A DNA stretch of 27,265 nucleotides. Origin: Minisyncoccota bacterium. Its GTDB lineage: Bacteria; Patescibacteriota; Minisyncoccia; 2-02-FULL-40-12; GWA2-44-9. The stretch spans positions 1 to 27,265 of the forward strand of contig DASPGX010000008.1 in NCBI GenBank assembly GCA_035620375.1, written 5' to 3'. The notes under the pieces are model-generated. The model worked only from the letters and a program-made list of their open reading frames with translations, had not been told where the DNA came from and did not search any database. Positions within the stretch are counted from its first letter, which is position 1. Each line of letters begins with the position of its first letter. The translations under genes were made by a program, and so were the position numbers. Positions 15,130-24,473 of the stretch are shown piece by piece.

Positions 15130-16389
15130 TCAGGCGGACGCGCCCTTGCGCGGGTCGCCGTTGGCGCCTTTGGCCGCGGGCGGCAGATGCTCGGCACTGG
15201 CCGCCGAAAGCCCTGCCGTGATCTGGGCGATGAGGTCCCCGGCGGCGTTCGGTCCGGATGGCAGGAACATCACGTGCTTGGCGTTGGAGCCGATGTCCTT
15301 GGCCATGTCCATGTACTGCATCGCCAGCAGGAAGACGCTCGCCTCGCGCTTGTCGATGCCGCCGGCCTCAGCCACGGCCTTGACCGACTCCTCGTAGCCC
15401 TTCGCGATGGCCTCGCGCTGGGCGGCGATGCCCTCGCCGTGGAGCTTGTCCTGCTCCTTCTTGGCCTGGGCCGCCTTGACGACCAGGATCTTCTCGGCCT
15501 CGCCCTTCTGCTCGGCGGCCTGGCGGAGCCGCTGCTCCTCCACGACCTTGTTCATGGCCGCCTGCACGGAGCCCGGAAGCTCGAAGTCCACGACCTGCAC
15601 CGAGCTGATCTCGTGGCCGTAGCGCTTCATCCGCTCACCAATGAGCTCCTGCACCTTCAGGGCCAGCTGCTCCTTGTTCTCGTAGAGGTGGGTGAGCTCC
15701 TGGTCGGGCACGTAGCCGCGGACGATGTCGTAGGCGAAGGACTTCATGGCCTTGAGCGGCGAGTTGTGCTCGTACTGCGCCGCACGCGCGTCCACGACGC
15801 GGTACTGGATGGAGAGCTTGACCTTCAGGACCGTGTCGTCCTTCGTCTTGGTGTCCGCTTCCACCGGGAGCTCCTGGTCCAAGGTCGGGATGACCGGGCC
15901 CTTGGAGTCGATGAACGGAATCTTGATGCGCAGACCGGGCTTCACGGTGCGGAGGTACCTGCCGAACCGCTCGATGTTGCGCTCGGACGCCTGCTCCACG
16001 ATGAACACGTTCGCCAGGATGACGATGAGCAGGAAGACCGACGGGACGACCCAGACGGCGTAGCCCAGGATGACCTGTGCCACGTCCGGCGGGTTCTGCT
16101 CTACGAACTGGACCGCCGCGGTCAGGTTCTGCGTGTCCACGCCGAGGCGGCGGGCCAGGTGCGAGGCGAAGTGGTCGCGCGCGACGTCGTAGCTGCCGTC
16201 CAGCGTCTGCGTGGAGCCGTTGCTGAAGTGCAGCGTCGCCTCGTACTTCGCACTGCTGTTGTAGACGCTGTCCGACAGGTTCAGCCAGTAGGTGACCTTC
16301 TCCAGCTTCGGCTGCTCCTGCGCGAACGCCGGAACGAGGGCCAGCGCCAGGATGGCGATGACCAGGAATACGGACTTGAATCGCGTCAT
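15130..16389 (-). CDS. SPFH/band-7 (stomatin/HflK/C-like) membrane protein with signal peptide and N-terminal extracytoplasmic domain
   Basis: Start placed at ATG 16389 (MTRFKSVFLVIAILALALVPAFA), with a GAGGAG RBS 11 nt upstream; the track ORF extends to 16455. A TM helix lies at about residues 120-145. The SPFH core is recognisable (RIKIPFIDSK...LKVKLSIQYRVVD...AMNKVVEEQRLRQAAEQKGEAEK). Confidence 0.7.
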   Translation of the reverse strand: MTRFKSVFLVIAILALALVPAFAQEQPKLEKVTYWLNLSDSVYNSSAKYEATLHFSNGSTQTLDGSYDVARDHFASHLARRLGVDTQNLTAAVQFVEQNPPDVAQVILGYAVWVVPSVFLLIVILANVFIVEQASERNIERFGRYLRTVKPGLRIKIPFIDSKGPVIPTLDQELPVEADTKTKDDTVLKVKLSIQYRVVDARAAQYEHNSPLKAMKSFAYDIVRGYVPDQELTHLYENKEQLALKVQELIGERMKRYGHEISSVQVVDFELPGSVQAAMNKVVEEQRLRQAAEQKGEAEKILVVKAAQAKKEQDKLHGEGIAAQREAIAKGYEESVKAVAEAGGIDKREASVFLLAMQYMDMAKDIGSNAKHVMFLPSGPNAAGDLIAQITAGLSAASAEHLPPAAKGANGDPRKGASA

Positions 16390-16471
16390 CACGTCGTGAT
16401 TCTCCTCTCTTGGTAGGGGGCTGCCCAATGCAGTCGTACATATAATACCATGCATTTCCTATATAGTAAAG

Positions 16472-16500
16472 TTTAACGGCTCATGAAATGAGCCGTTAAA
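16472..16500. repeat. 29-bp perfect palindrome, copy 2 of 3 (tttaacggctca-tgaaa-tgagccgttaaa)
   Basis: Lies about 27 nt after the greA stop and immediately upstream of the SPFH-gene promoter (extended -10 TGGTATTAT at 16450->16442). Confidence 0.9.
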
Positions 16501-16526
16501 CAGCAGGAGGAAGCCGCTACAAGCGG

Positions 16527-16985
16527 TTATTTAATTTCGGTAATCTTGTATTCCGCGGTCCCCTTGGGCGTGGTGACCGTGACCTTATCCCCCTTCTTGT
16601 GGCCCAGAAACGCGCTGCCGAGCGGCGATTCGTTGGAGATGAGTCCGCGGAGCGGGTCGGCCTCGGACGCCCCGACGATGGTGTATTCCTTGGTGTCACT
16701 GCCGGTTTTCACCTTGACCCGCGAGCCGACGTTGACGACGCCCGACTTTGAGCTGCTGCTGATGACCACCGCGTTCTCCAGAAGCGCATCCAGCTCCTGG
16801 ATGCGGCCCTCGTTCGTGGACTGGGCGTCTTTTGCCTCCGAGTACTCGGCGTTCTCCGAAAGGTCGCCCTGTTCCTTGGCCTCCTTGATGCGCGCGGCAA
16901 TCTCCTTGCGGAGCGTTCCGGTGCGCCAAGACAGCTCTTCCTTGAGCTTTTCCAGGCCTTCCTTGCTGAAATATTGGCTGTCCAT
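16527..16985 (-). CDS. greA: transcription elongation factor GreA
   Basis: 152 aa with an N-terminal coiled coil containing the acidic tip (DLSENAEYSEAKD) and an FKBP-like C-terminal domain. Confidence 0.9.
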   Translation of the reverse strand: MDSQYFSKEGLEKLKEELSWRTGTLRKEIAARIKEAKEQGDLSENAEYSEAKDAQSTNEGRIQELDALLENAVVISSSSKSGVVNVGSRVKVKTGSDTKEYTIVGASEADPLRGLISNESPLGSAFLGHKKGDKVTVTTPKGTAEYKITEIK

Positions 16986-17035
16986 ACAGGAATCGCTCCG
17001 GAACAGTGGTCCCCGGAGCGAGGTTAACGGGGGTC

Positions 17036-17064
17036 AGTGTAGCATATCACCGCCCCCGTGGCAA
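17036..17064 (-). promoter_or_regulatory. greA promoter: -35 TTGCCA (17064->17059), 17-nt spacer, -10 TACACT (17041->17036); the leader carries an 8-bp hairpin (16994-17020) 9 nt before the ATG
   Basis: Read on the minus strand. The -35 abuts the PBP2 stop codon. No Shine-Dalgarno sequence is visible between the hairpin and the ATG. Confidence 0.4.
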
Positions 17065-19059
17065 TCAGGGTCCGGGGGCTACGGGCCCTTCCGACCCGCT
17101 GGCGGACTCGGGAACTTCCGGCGCAACCGTCATGGAGGGTTCGGGAGCCGGGGTTGCCGGAACCGCGCGGGGCGTCAGCTGGCGCGTGAAATACCAGTTC
17201 AGGAAATCGTACGCGGCCCTGATGGCATACCCCTGATTGGACGGCGAACCTTCCACCAGCACCGTCATCGCGACCTGCGGATTCTCCGCGGGCGCGTAGA
17301 CCGTCAGGAACGAGTTGATGCGCTCGCCCTTGATGACCTCGGCAGTTCCCGTCTTCGCCGCCGCAGTCACGGGAAGATTCTGCAGGATGCGCGCCGTCCC
17401 GGAGGTTACCGTGCGCCGCATCGCCTGCTGCATCGTGCGGACATGCCCGGCGTCGAACGGCAGCTGGCCCAGTGCCTGCGGGTCGTAGGTGTGCAGCGTC
17501 CGCTGCTGGTCGTCCAGGATGCGCTGGCCCAGCCGCGGCGACCATAACGTACCGCCGTTCGCGATGGCGGATACGTAGGTATTGAGCCAGAGCGGCGTAA
17601 GCAGAAGGTCGCCCTGGCCGATGGATACGTTGTACGTGTCCCCCTGATACCACGGTTCCTTGCGGTTCACCCATTTCCAGTCGGGGTCGGGCACGAACCC
17701 CGTTTCCTCGCCCGGCAGATCCACCCCGGTCCGGGAGTCCGCGAATCCCCGGCGCAGATAGTCAACGATGCGGCCGATGCCCAGTCCGCCGATGGAGCCG
17801 TGTCCTCCCCCCACCGAAAAGAAATAGATGTTGCACGAGTCGGCCACCGCGCGGAACAGATCAAACGACCCGGCCTCGGGCCTCCAGTTGCGGAACACGT
17901 ACGGGTCCGATGGATTTGCAGGATTCGGGATGCTGATGGCGTTGCAGTCCGGCACGGTCGTTCCGGGCGTGACGACGCCCTCCTGAAGCGCCGTCATGCC
18001 GATGAACGGCTTGATGGTGGAACCCGGATTATAGCGCCCCCCGATGACGCGGTTGAACAGCGGACGCCGGGGATTCTCGAACAGCGCGGAAAACTGCTCC
18101 GGCGAGAGCCGTTTATTGAACACGTTGTTGTCGTACGTCGGAAAGCTCACCATCGCCAGCACCGCACCGCTTGCGGGGTCCTGTACCACCGCGGCGGCCT
18201 CGCCGAGCCCGGACTCCCGCAGGACCGTGAACAGCGCGTTGAACAGCGCCTTCTGTGCCTGCGCATCAATGTTCAGCATCAGGGTCGCTCCCTGGCCCGC
18301 CGCGCGCTGTTCATGCGCGTCGGCGACGAAGGACAGGGTGCCGTGCGAGCCGCGGATGACCTCCTCGTACGCGGCCTCAATACCGGCACGCCCGACCGTG
18401 TCGGACGGCAGGTAATAATCGTCCCGGACCATGTCCTCGGGGCTGACGCGGCCGACATACCCGATGACCGACGAGAACTGCTCACCGTCGCGGTAATCCC
18501 GCTTTGTGCTGGTGATGAGATAGAATCCCTCGGGCATATCCCGGGTCAGCGCAAGCGCCTGCTCCTTCTCCAGGTCGGATTCCAGGAAAAAGACGGCATT
18601 CCGGCTGATATTGTCCGCGATAAGGCCGTTCAGGCTGTCCGCCGGGATGCCCAGCACCCCGGACAGCCGCCGGGCCGCGGGGTATCCGCCGTCCGGGCCG
18701 CGTACCACCTGGCGGGAAATGGCGAGCAGGTCGAAACTGGGCACGTTCTCCACGAGATGCACCCCGTTTCGGTCAAGAATGAGTCCGCGCGGAGGCGGAA
18801 CGGCGACCGTCACCGTCCGGTTCGCTTCCGCAAGCAGCGCCATTCTGCCGTGCTGGCGCACCATGATATCGCCCGACATCGCGCCGACGACGGCGAACAG
18901 CACCGCCAGCAGAACGCCGGCGGCGCGGAACGTCCCTTCGGGAACGGGAGCCTCAAGGTCCGCAAAGTCGCTCGCGGCGTCCACGAGGGTATCCTCGGGT
19001 CCTATCCATTCGTCGCTCCGCGGAGCTACGGCATATGTCCGTCTGCGGAAGAAGTTCAT
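17065..19059 (-). CDS. mrdA: peptidoglycan D,D-transpeptidase PBP2 (MrdA) with a Pro/Ala/Glu-rich C-terminal tail
   Basis: 664 aa with an N-terminal TM helix and the dimerisation domain. Transpeptidase motifs STIKPF (SxxK), SxN and KTGTAE are present. It sits directly after mreD. The last roughly 40 residues are low-complexity (TPRAVPATPAPEPSMTVAPEVPESASGSEGPVAPGP). Confidence 0.85.
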   Translation of the reverse strand: MNFFRRRTYAVAPRSDEWIGPEDTLVDAASDFADLEAPVPEGTFRAAGVLLAVLFAVVGAMSGDIMVRQHGRMALLAEANRTVTVAVPPPRGLILDRNGVHLVENVPSFDLLAISRQVVRGPDGGYPAARRLSGVLGIPADSLNGLIADNISRNAVFFLESDLEKEQALALTRDMPEGFYLITSTKRDYRDGEQFSSVIGYVGRVSPEDMVRDDYYLPSDTVGRAGIEAAYEEVIRGSHGTLSFVADAHEQRAAGQGATLMLNIDAQAQKALFNALFTVLRESGLGEAAAVVQDPASGAVLAMVSFPTYDNNVFNKRLSPEQFSALFENPRRPLFNRVIGGRYNPGSTIKPFIGMTALQEGVVTPGTTVPDCNAISIPNPANPSDPYVFRNWRPEAGSFDLFRAVADSCNIYFFSVGGGHGSIGGLGIGRIVDYLRRGFADSRTGVDLPGEETGFVPDPDWKWVNRKEPWYQGDTYNVSIGQGDLLLTPLWLNTYVSAIANGGTLWSPRLGQRILDDQQRTLHTYDPQALGQLPFDAGHVRTMQQAMRRTVTSGTARILQNLPVTAAAKTGTAEVIKGERINSFLTVYAPAENPQVAMTVLVEGSPSNQGYAIRAAYDFLNWYFTRQLTPRAVPATPAPEPSMTVAPEVPESASGSEGPVAPGP

Positions 19060-19595
19060 AGCAATCCGCCCCGCTCACGGCGCGCACGGCCGGCGCGGGA
19101 CGCCTGAAGCATGATAACGGACGCCGCGCACATCGCCAGCACGATGACGCCGTTCACGCGCCAGAGCGCCCACCACGGTGCGGCCGGCGCGGGCATGCCG
19201 GGCAGACCGAGCCACAGCACCGAAAAACCGACCATGCCCGACGCCCACAGCGCCGCGAGGAGAAGGCGGACCGGTACCGAACCGGACGAAGCACGGGAAC
19301 CCGTGCCAACACGGATAAACCGTGCGACCACAGCGTGGACCGCGGAAAGTACCGGCACGGACAGGGCGAGCGTGCCCGGCCGGAGGCCGTACCAGTATTC
19401 ATACGCCAATACCAACAGCGTCCAGATAAGCACGCGACGGATACGGACGCCGTCGGTCACCGCAAGTGCCGGGACGAGGCCGTACGGACCGTGCGGCAAC
19501 GGCCGCCCGACGGCAAGCGCCGGAACGAGAAACGCCAGGACCCACAACAGGACCCTGACCGCCCGCTCACGGCCGGAAAGCGCTCCGTCGTTCAT
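19056..19595 (-). CDS. mreD: rod-shape determining protein MreD (polytopic membrane protein)
   Basis: 179 aa and very hydrophobic. It is placed between mreC and mrdA, with ATGA overlaps on both sides. The assignment is mainly by synteny. Confidence 0.55.
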   Translation of the reverse strand: MNDGALSGRERAVRVLLWVLAFLVPALAVGRPLPHGPYGLVPALAVTDGVRIRRVLIWTLLVLAYEYWYGLRPGTLALSVPVLSAVHAVVARFIRVGTGSRASSGSVPVRLLLAALWASGMVGFSVLWLGLPGMPAPAAPWWALWRVNGVIVLAMCAASVIMLQASRAGRARRERGGLL

Positions 19596-20380
19596 GGGAT
19601 GAGGATAAGGACGCGGTCCACCGGCCCGTCGCGGTACGCCGCATCCACGGTAACCGTCTGGAACAGCGTCGTACTCTCGGGATCCACGGCCCTGACCGTG
19701 CCGATGATGAGTCCGGCCGGGATGTCGTCCAGTCCGCTGGAAATGACCAGCGCGCCCTCGCTCACGGTCTCGTCCTTGGCCACAAGATCAAAAATAAACC
19801 TGCCGTCGGGCGCTACCCTCGCCAGACCGCTGACCGGCGTACCTCCGATGCGGGCAGTGACCTGCGAACCGGGGTCTTCAAGAACGCGGACGGCGGATGA
19901 TTGCGGAGTCACCCGGTCCACGACGCCGACAAGGACGCCCCCGTCGGTGACGACCGCGGAACCTGCTGTTACCCCGTGCGCGGAACCGCGGTTCACCGTC
20001 ATCCGGATTTGCGCTCCCGCAACGCCGTACGCGAAAACGCCGCCGATGACCGCGCGGCGCTCCTTGCGCGCCGGCAGTTCCGCGGCGCGCCGCAGGAATT
20101 CGTTCTCCTCCTGCACGTCGGCGAGGACAGCACGCTCGGATTCCAGCACTGAAATCCGGTCGCGGAGCGTCCCGATGTCTTCCGTGCCGCTCCACGCCGC
20201 ACCCGCGGCTACGACGGCCCGCGAGGCGCGGGAGAACGTGGACCGCACGCCCCAAAAGATGTTCTCGGTGACCGCACCCTGCACAATACTCCGGACGCCG
20301 TATCCGGCAGCGACGGCAACGACGGCCGTACTAACCGTCGCGATGACCGTACCTGCGATGATGCGCCGGGAGCTGGCCAT
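19592..20380 (-). CDS. mreC: rod-shape determining protein MreC
   Basis: 262 aa with an N-terminal TM helix, a coiled-coil segment (RDRISVLESERAVLADVQEENEFLRR) and beta-rich C-terminal domains. Position is immediately downstream of mreB. Confidence 0.7.
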   Translation of the reverse strand: MASSRRIIAGTVIATVSTAVVAVAAGYGVRSIVQGAVTENIFWGVRSTFSRASRAVVAAGAAWSGTEDIGTLRDRISVLESERAVLADVQEENEFLRRAAELPARKERRAVIGGVFAYGVAGAQIRMTVNRGSAHGVTAGSAVVTDGGVLVGVVDRVTPQSSAVRVLEDPGSQVTARIGGTPVSGLARVAPDGRFIFDLVAKDETVSEGALVISSGLDDIPAGLIIGTVRAVDPESTTLFQTVTVDAAYRDGPVDRVLILIP

Positions 20381-20384
20381 GGGT

Positions 20385-21434
20385 TCAGAACGTCATCTCC
20401 TCCTCGTGCACGACAAGCACCGGTTTGAGTTCTTCCAGGCGCTCCAACACGAACCCGCATCCGCGCACGACCGCGGTCAACGGGTCGTCCACGGCCTGGA
20501 CCAGCAGCTTGGTCTCCTTGGCGATGAGCGTGTCCAGTCCCTTGATGAGGGCGCCGCCTCCCGCGATGGCGATGGGCCGGTTGATGAGGTCCGCCGTCAG
20601 TTCCGGGGGCGTTTCCTCAATCGTGCTTTTGACCGCCTTCACGATGGACCTCACGGAGCGCGCCATCGCCGACCGCACCTCCTGCGTACTTACGCTGATT
20701 TCCCGAGGAAGGCCCGACACGAGATCGCGCCCCCGGACGGGCTGTTCCACCTCGTTGTCCAGGGGATGCGCCGACCCCAGGGATATCTTGACCTGCTCCG
20801 CCGTCGCGTCGCCGATAAGGAGGTTCCGTTCATCACGGAGATACCTGACGATATCGTCGTTCAGCTTGTCGCCTGCGATGCGCAGCGACCGCGACGCGAT
20901 GGTTCCGCCCATGGAGATAACCGCCACCTCCGTCGTCCCGCCGCCGATGTCCACGATGACGTTCGGCACGGCGTCCTGAATGGGCAGCCGGGCGCCGATG
21001 GCGGCAGCCATCGGCTCCTCGATGAGGTATACCTCACGGGCACCGGCACTGTAGGTGGCGTCCTGCACCGCCCGCCGCTCCACCTCGGTGACCCCGCTGG
21101 GAATGCCGACAACCACGCGGGGCCGCGGCATGACGGAGAACGCCTCCTGGTGCACCTTGTCGATGAAAAACCGGAGCATCTGCTCCGTCACCTCGAAATC
21201 GGAAACGACGCCGTTCACCAGCGGACGGATGACGGCGATGTATCCGGGCGTGCGGCCGACCATGCGGCGCGCATCGCTGCCGATGGCCAGGATTTTCCCC
21301 GTCTTCTGATTGACCGCGACGATGGACGGCTCATTGATGACGATGCCCTTGCCGCGCACATACACCAGGGTATTGGCAGTACCCAGGTCGATGCCGATGT
21401 CTTTTGACCAGATGCCGAACAGTCTGTTGAGCAT
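20385..21434 (-). CDS. mreB: rod-shape determining protein MreB (actin-like ATPase)
   Basis: 349 aa with actin-fold motifs: DLGTANTLVY, the phosphate-2 DIGGGTTEVAV, and GGGALIKGLD. Confidence 0.9.
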   Translation of the reverse strand: MLNRLFGIWSKDIGIDLGTANTLVYVRGKGIVINEPSIVAVNQKTGKILAIGSDARRMVGRTPGYIAVIRPLVNGVVSDFEVTEQMLRFFIDKVHQEAFSVMPRPRVVVGIPSGVTEVERRAVQDATYSAGAREVYLIEEPMAAAIGARLPIQDAVPNVIVDIGGGTTEVAVISMGGTIASRSLRIAGDKLNDDIVRYLRDERNLLIGDATAEQVKISLGSAHPLDNEVEQPVRGRDLVSGLPREISVSTQEVRSAMARSVRSIVKAVKSTIEETPPELTADLINRPIAIAGGGALIKGLDTLIAKETKLLVQAVDDPLTAVVRGCGFVLERLEELKPVLVVHEEEMTF

Positions 21435-21494
21435 GATGCTGAACGCAAAAACCGATACCGAAACGTATCAAAAAGCCCGGAACGACGCAAAAAA

Positions 21495-22100
21495 TTACCC
21501 CAGCAATTCGGCGACGGCCCTAAATACCCGGTCGCCGTCCGCATCATCGCCCGAAAGACGGACGGCCGCATGCGGGACGCCGGGACCGAACGCGTACGAT
21601 TCCGCCTCATCCATCAATGATGCACGGAGCGCCGGATCCGTGATGTTCCGCAGGTCCAGGTTCCGCTCCATGAGCCGGCGGTTGTCCGGCAGGAACAACA
21701 ACACCCGCGCATTGAGTTCGGCGGCATGCCGGGCCACCGCGTGTACGCCGGCCGCCGTCAGCACGATGAGTCCGTGCGAGCGCGCGAGAACGTCATGCAT
21801 GTCACCGAGCGATGAGCCGTAATACGCCTGACGGTAGTAGTCATGCTCCAGCAGCGACCCGGACGCCAGCAGCGCTCTGAATCCCGACTCATCCATGAAC
21901 CGGTATGTCTCATGGTCACGCGCATCCCGCGGTTCGCGCGTCGTGCGTGTTTTCACCCGTGCGATATCAAAACGGCCGCTCGTCAGAATGGCGTCGGCCC
22001 AATAGGTCTTGCCGACCGCACGTCCTCCCGCGATGACGAGCAGCCGGTTGGTTTGCGCGGTGGTGGTCATACGTACACGGCGACCTCTGTACGCTACCAC
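21495..22100 (-). CDS. guanylate-kinase-family P-loop protein (divergent Gmk)
   Basis: Shows the Gmk pattern: P-loop LLVIAGGRAVGKTY, VKTRTTREPRDARDHETYRFMDESGF, and LEHDYYRQAYYGS. The start is either GTG at 22100 or ATG at 22070. Confidence 0.5.
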   Translation of the reverse strand: MVAYRGRRVRMTTTAQTNRLLVIAGGRAVGKTYWADAILTSGRFDIARVKTRTTREPRDARDHETYRFMDESGFRALLASGSLLEHDYYRQAYYGSSLGDMHDVLARSHGLIVLTAAGVHAVARHAAELNARVLLFLPDNRRLMERNLDLRNITDPALRASLMDEAESYAFGPGVPHAAVRLSGDDADGDRVFRAVAELLG

Positions 22101-22130
22101 AGCTTCCGCACGCGCGTGTTGATAAGAGAT

Positions 22131-22159
22131 TTCAACGGCTCAACGACTGAGCCGTTGAA
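22131..22159. repeat. 29-bp perfect palindrome, copy 3 of 3 (ttcaacggctca-acgac-tgagccgttgaa)
   Basis: Overlaps the last codons and stop of proS (...AVQRLSR*). It lies 30-60 nt upstream of the Gmk-like start. Confidence 0.9.
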
Positions 22160-23366
22160 CCGCATCCGCCGTCGCGATGACTTCGGCATCCCCGCCTGAG
22201 CGCGGTTGGAATTCCACCTTCCCTTCTTCGGTCTTCTTGCCCACGGTCAGGCGCACCGGACAGCCGATGAGATCCGCATCGGCGAACTTTTCGCCCGCGG
22301 ACGCGTCTTCACGGTCATCCCACAGCACATCCGTTCCCGATTCCGTCAATTCGTCGTACAGGCGCTCCGCCCGGCCGTCACGCGCAAGGTCAACCAGGTG
22401 TACGCCGAACGGCGCGACCGACGCCGGCCAGATGATGCCCCGCTCGTCATGATTGAGCTCAACGACGGTGCCCATGGCGCGTCCGGGCCCGATGCCGTAC
22501 GACGCCATGATGACCGGCCGGGACGCGCCGTCGCGGTCGGTGAACGTAAGGCCCAGCGCCTCTGAAAACCGCGTCCCGAGCTTGAAGATATTACCCACCT
22601 CGATCGCGCGTGATTGCCGGAGTTCACCGTCCGGAAGTCCGCCCGATTCTTTGAGCGATTCGTACACGTCGGCATTACAGACGAACGAATGGTCCTCCGT
22701 GTGATGAATGGTGTCCTCGCCGACGTCGGCAAGCACCTGGAACTCGTCTGAGAATTTGGAGAACAGCCCGCCGGACGCGGTCGTCCGCAGAGCCGGCAGA
22801 CCGATGCGGCTGAAAATCTTCAGGTATGCCTGGGCGACCTGCTCGTAGTATCCGTTCAGACTCTCTTCGTCCGCATGGAAGCTGTACAGGTCCTTCATCA
22901 GAAATTCCCGGCCCCGGAGAATCCCGCTCTTGGCGCGCGGCTCATTCCGGAACTTCACCTGAATCTGGTAGACCGCTTTGGGCAGGTCCTTATAGGAACT
23001 GATATGGTGCCGCGCCAGCTCGGTCAGCGGCTCCTCGTGCGTCCACCCCAGGCCCGTCGCATGCCCCGCGGCGTCGGTGAACTGGTACATCACATCCTTC
23101 GCGCCGTCCCACCTGCCGGTCGCATCCCATGTCGCACGGTTCTGCAGTACCGACATATGCAGTTCCTGCGCGCCGGTCGCGTTCATCTCTTCACGGATGA
23201 TGCGGTTTATCTTCTCCAAAACGCGGACGCCCAGCGGGAGGTATACGTACACCCCCGCCATGACCTTATGCACAAACCCTCCCCGCGTAAGCAGGCGCGC
23301 GTTCGCCGCCGTCTCATCCGACGGCGCTTCCCGCAGCGTGCGCGTGAACAACTGTGACAGTTTCAT
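22140..23366 (-). CDS. proS: prolyl-tRNA synthetase, minimal form (408 aa, no INS editing domain)
   Basis: Class II motifs: motif 1 region GVYVYLPLG, motif 2 REFLMKDLYSFH, motif 3 region GIGPGRAMG, plus a C-terminal anticodon-binding domain. It is far shorter than bacterial-type ProRS (about 570 aa). Confidence 0.8.
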   Translation of the reverse strand: MKLSQLFTRTLREAPSDETAANARLLTRGGFVHKVMAGVYVYLPLGVRVLEKINRIIREEMNATGAQELHMSVLQNRATWDATGRWDGAKDVMYQFTDAAGHATGLGWTHEEPLTELARHHISSYKDLPKAVYQIQVKFRNEPRAKSGILRGREFLMKDLYSFHADEESLNGYYEQVAQAYLKIFSRIGLPALRTTASGGLFSKFSDEFQVLADVGEDTIHHTEDHSFVCNADVYESLKESGGLPDGELRQSRAIEVGNIFKLGTRFSEALGLTFTDRDGASRPVIMASYGIGPGRAMGTVVELNHDERGIIWPASVAPFGVHLVDLARDGRAERLYDELTESGTDVLWDDREDASAGEKFADADLIGCPVRLTVGKKTEEGKVEFQPRSGGDAEVIATADAVQRLSR

Positions 23367-23387
23367 GACGGAACTATCGTATCAGAT

Positions 23388-24473
23388 TCAGAACAGTTTC
23401 CCGATATCCTTGATGGTGACGGCGACCATCAGCCCCAGAAGGAACAGAAAACCCAGGCCGTTGATGAGCCGCTCCGTGTGCTGTCGCAACGGACGGCCGC
23501 GGACCTTCTCGCCGATAAGGATGGCCAGGCGCCCGCCGTCCAGTGCGGGAAACGGCAGGATATTCAGGACCGCGAGGTTCATGGAGATGACCGCGACGAA
23601 CTGCACGAGGTAATTGAAACCGATCCGCGCCGCCTGCCCCGTCAGCGTGGCGATGCCGACGGGCCCCGCGACCTCGCCCGCCAGACGGCCGTCCGTGAAC
23701 AGGGAGCCGATGATGCCCGCGTACCCGACAACGATGGAGATGAACATCATCCCCGCGTCCGCAACGCCCCTCCACAGCGCCTGATACCAGGGATATGACA
23801 CGACGCCCGTCATGACGAGGGAAATGCCGATAGGTCCCTCGGTGGGCCCCACCGGTTCACGCAGCGCCAACGGGAGCGCGAGCTCCTCGCCGCCGCGGGA
23901 GAGGATTATCGTGACCTCCCTGCCCGCGTTGGCAAGCGAAAACTCCTGAACCTGCTCCGGACCGGTCACCCGCAGCAATGAACCGTCCGAAAGCCGGAAT
24001 CCGGTTATCGCATCCAGAGGCATCAGCCCGGCCGCGGCGGCGGGACTGTCCGGGGAAACGCTGATGATCTGGACCTGCTTGTCGGTGGCGAGATTGATGA
24101 GCGCAGGCTCGAACAGGCCGACGCGCAGACCGAGGAAGTTGCCCAGCACCAGGAGCGCGGCCGCGAACAGGAAATTCATCACGACGCCCGCGACCACGAC
24201 GCCGACCTTCCTGCCGAACGACGCGGCGGCGAAACTGAACGGCGACGAGCGGTCCTGACCGTCCTCCCCGTGGATTTTCACGAACCCGCCGAACGGAATC
24301 CAGTTCAGGGAATATACCGTCTCGCCGCGCCGCACGCCCCACAGGCGGGGAGGAAATCCGAAGCCGAACTCCTGCACACGCATACCTGCGCGCTTGGCCG
24401 CGACAAAATGCCCGACTTCGTGGACGAAGACGAGCACGCTGATGACGACGAGAAAAATGACGGCCGTGAGCAT
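23388..24473 (-). CDS. rseP: RIP (site-2) zinc metalloprotease RseP/M50 family with PDZ domain
   Basis: 361 aa. HEVGHFVAAK (HExxH) is in TM1. A PDZ-like middle region and a C-terminal LDGG motif (PALDGGRLAIL) are present. Its start shares the A of TAATG with the frr stop. Confidence 0.8.
   Translation of the reverse strand: MLTAVIFLVVISVLVFVHEVGHFVAAKRAGMRVQEFGFGFPPRLWGVRRGETVYSLNWIPFGGFVKIHGEDGQDRSSPFSFAAASFGRKVGVVVAGVVMNFLFAAALLVLGNFLGLRVGLFEPALINLATDKQVQIISVSPDSPAAAAGLMPLDAITGFRLSDGSLLRVTGPEQVQEFSLANAGREVTIILSRGGEELALPLALREPVGPTEGPIGISLVMTGVVSYPWYQALWRGVADAGMMFISIVVGYAGIIGSLFTDGRLAGEVAGPVGIATLTGQAARIGFNYLVQFVAVISMNLAVLNILPFPALDGGRLAILIGEKVRGRPLRQHTERLINGLGFLFLLGLMVAVTIKDIGKLF

Noticed and set aside
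16390-16455. Longer start (MHGIICTTALGSPLPREENHDV...) for the SPFH gene.
   Set aside because: The ATG at 16389 is preceded by a GAGGAG RBS and begins a canonical signal peptide. The upstream extension overlaps the promoter.
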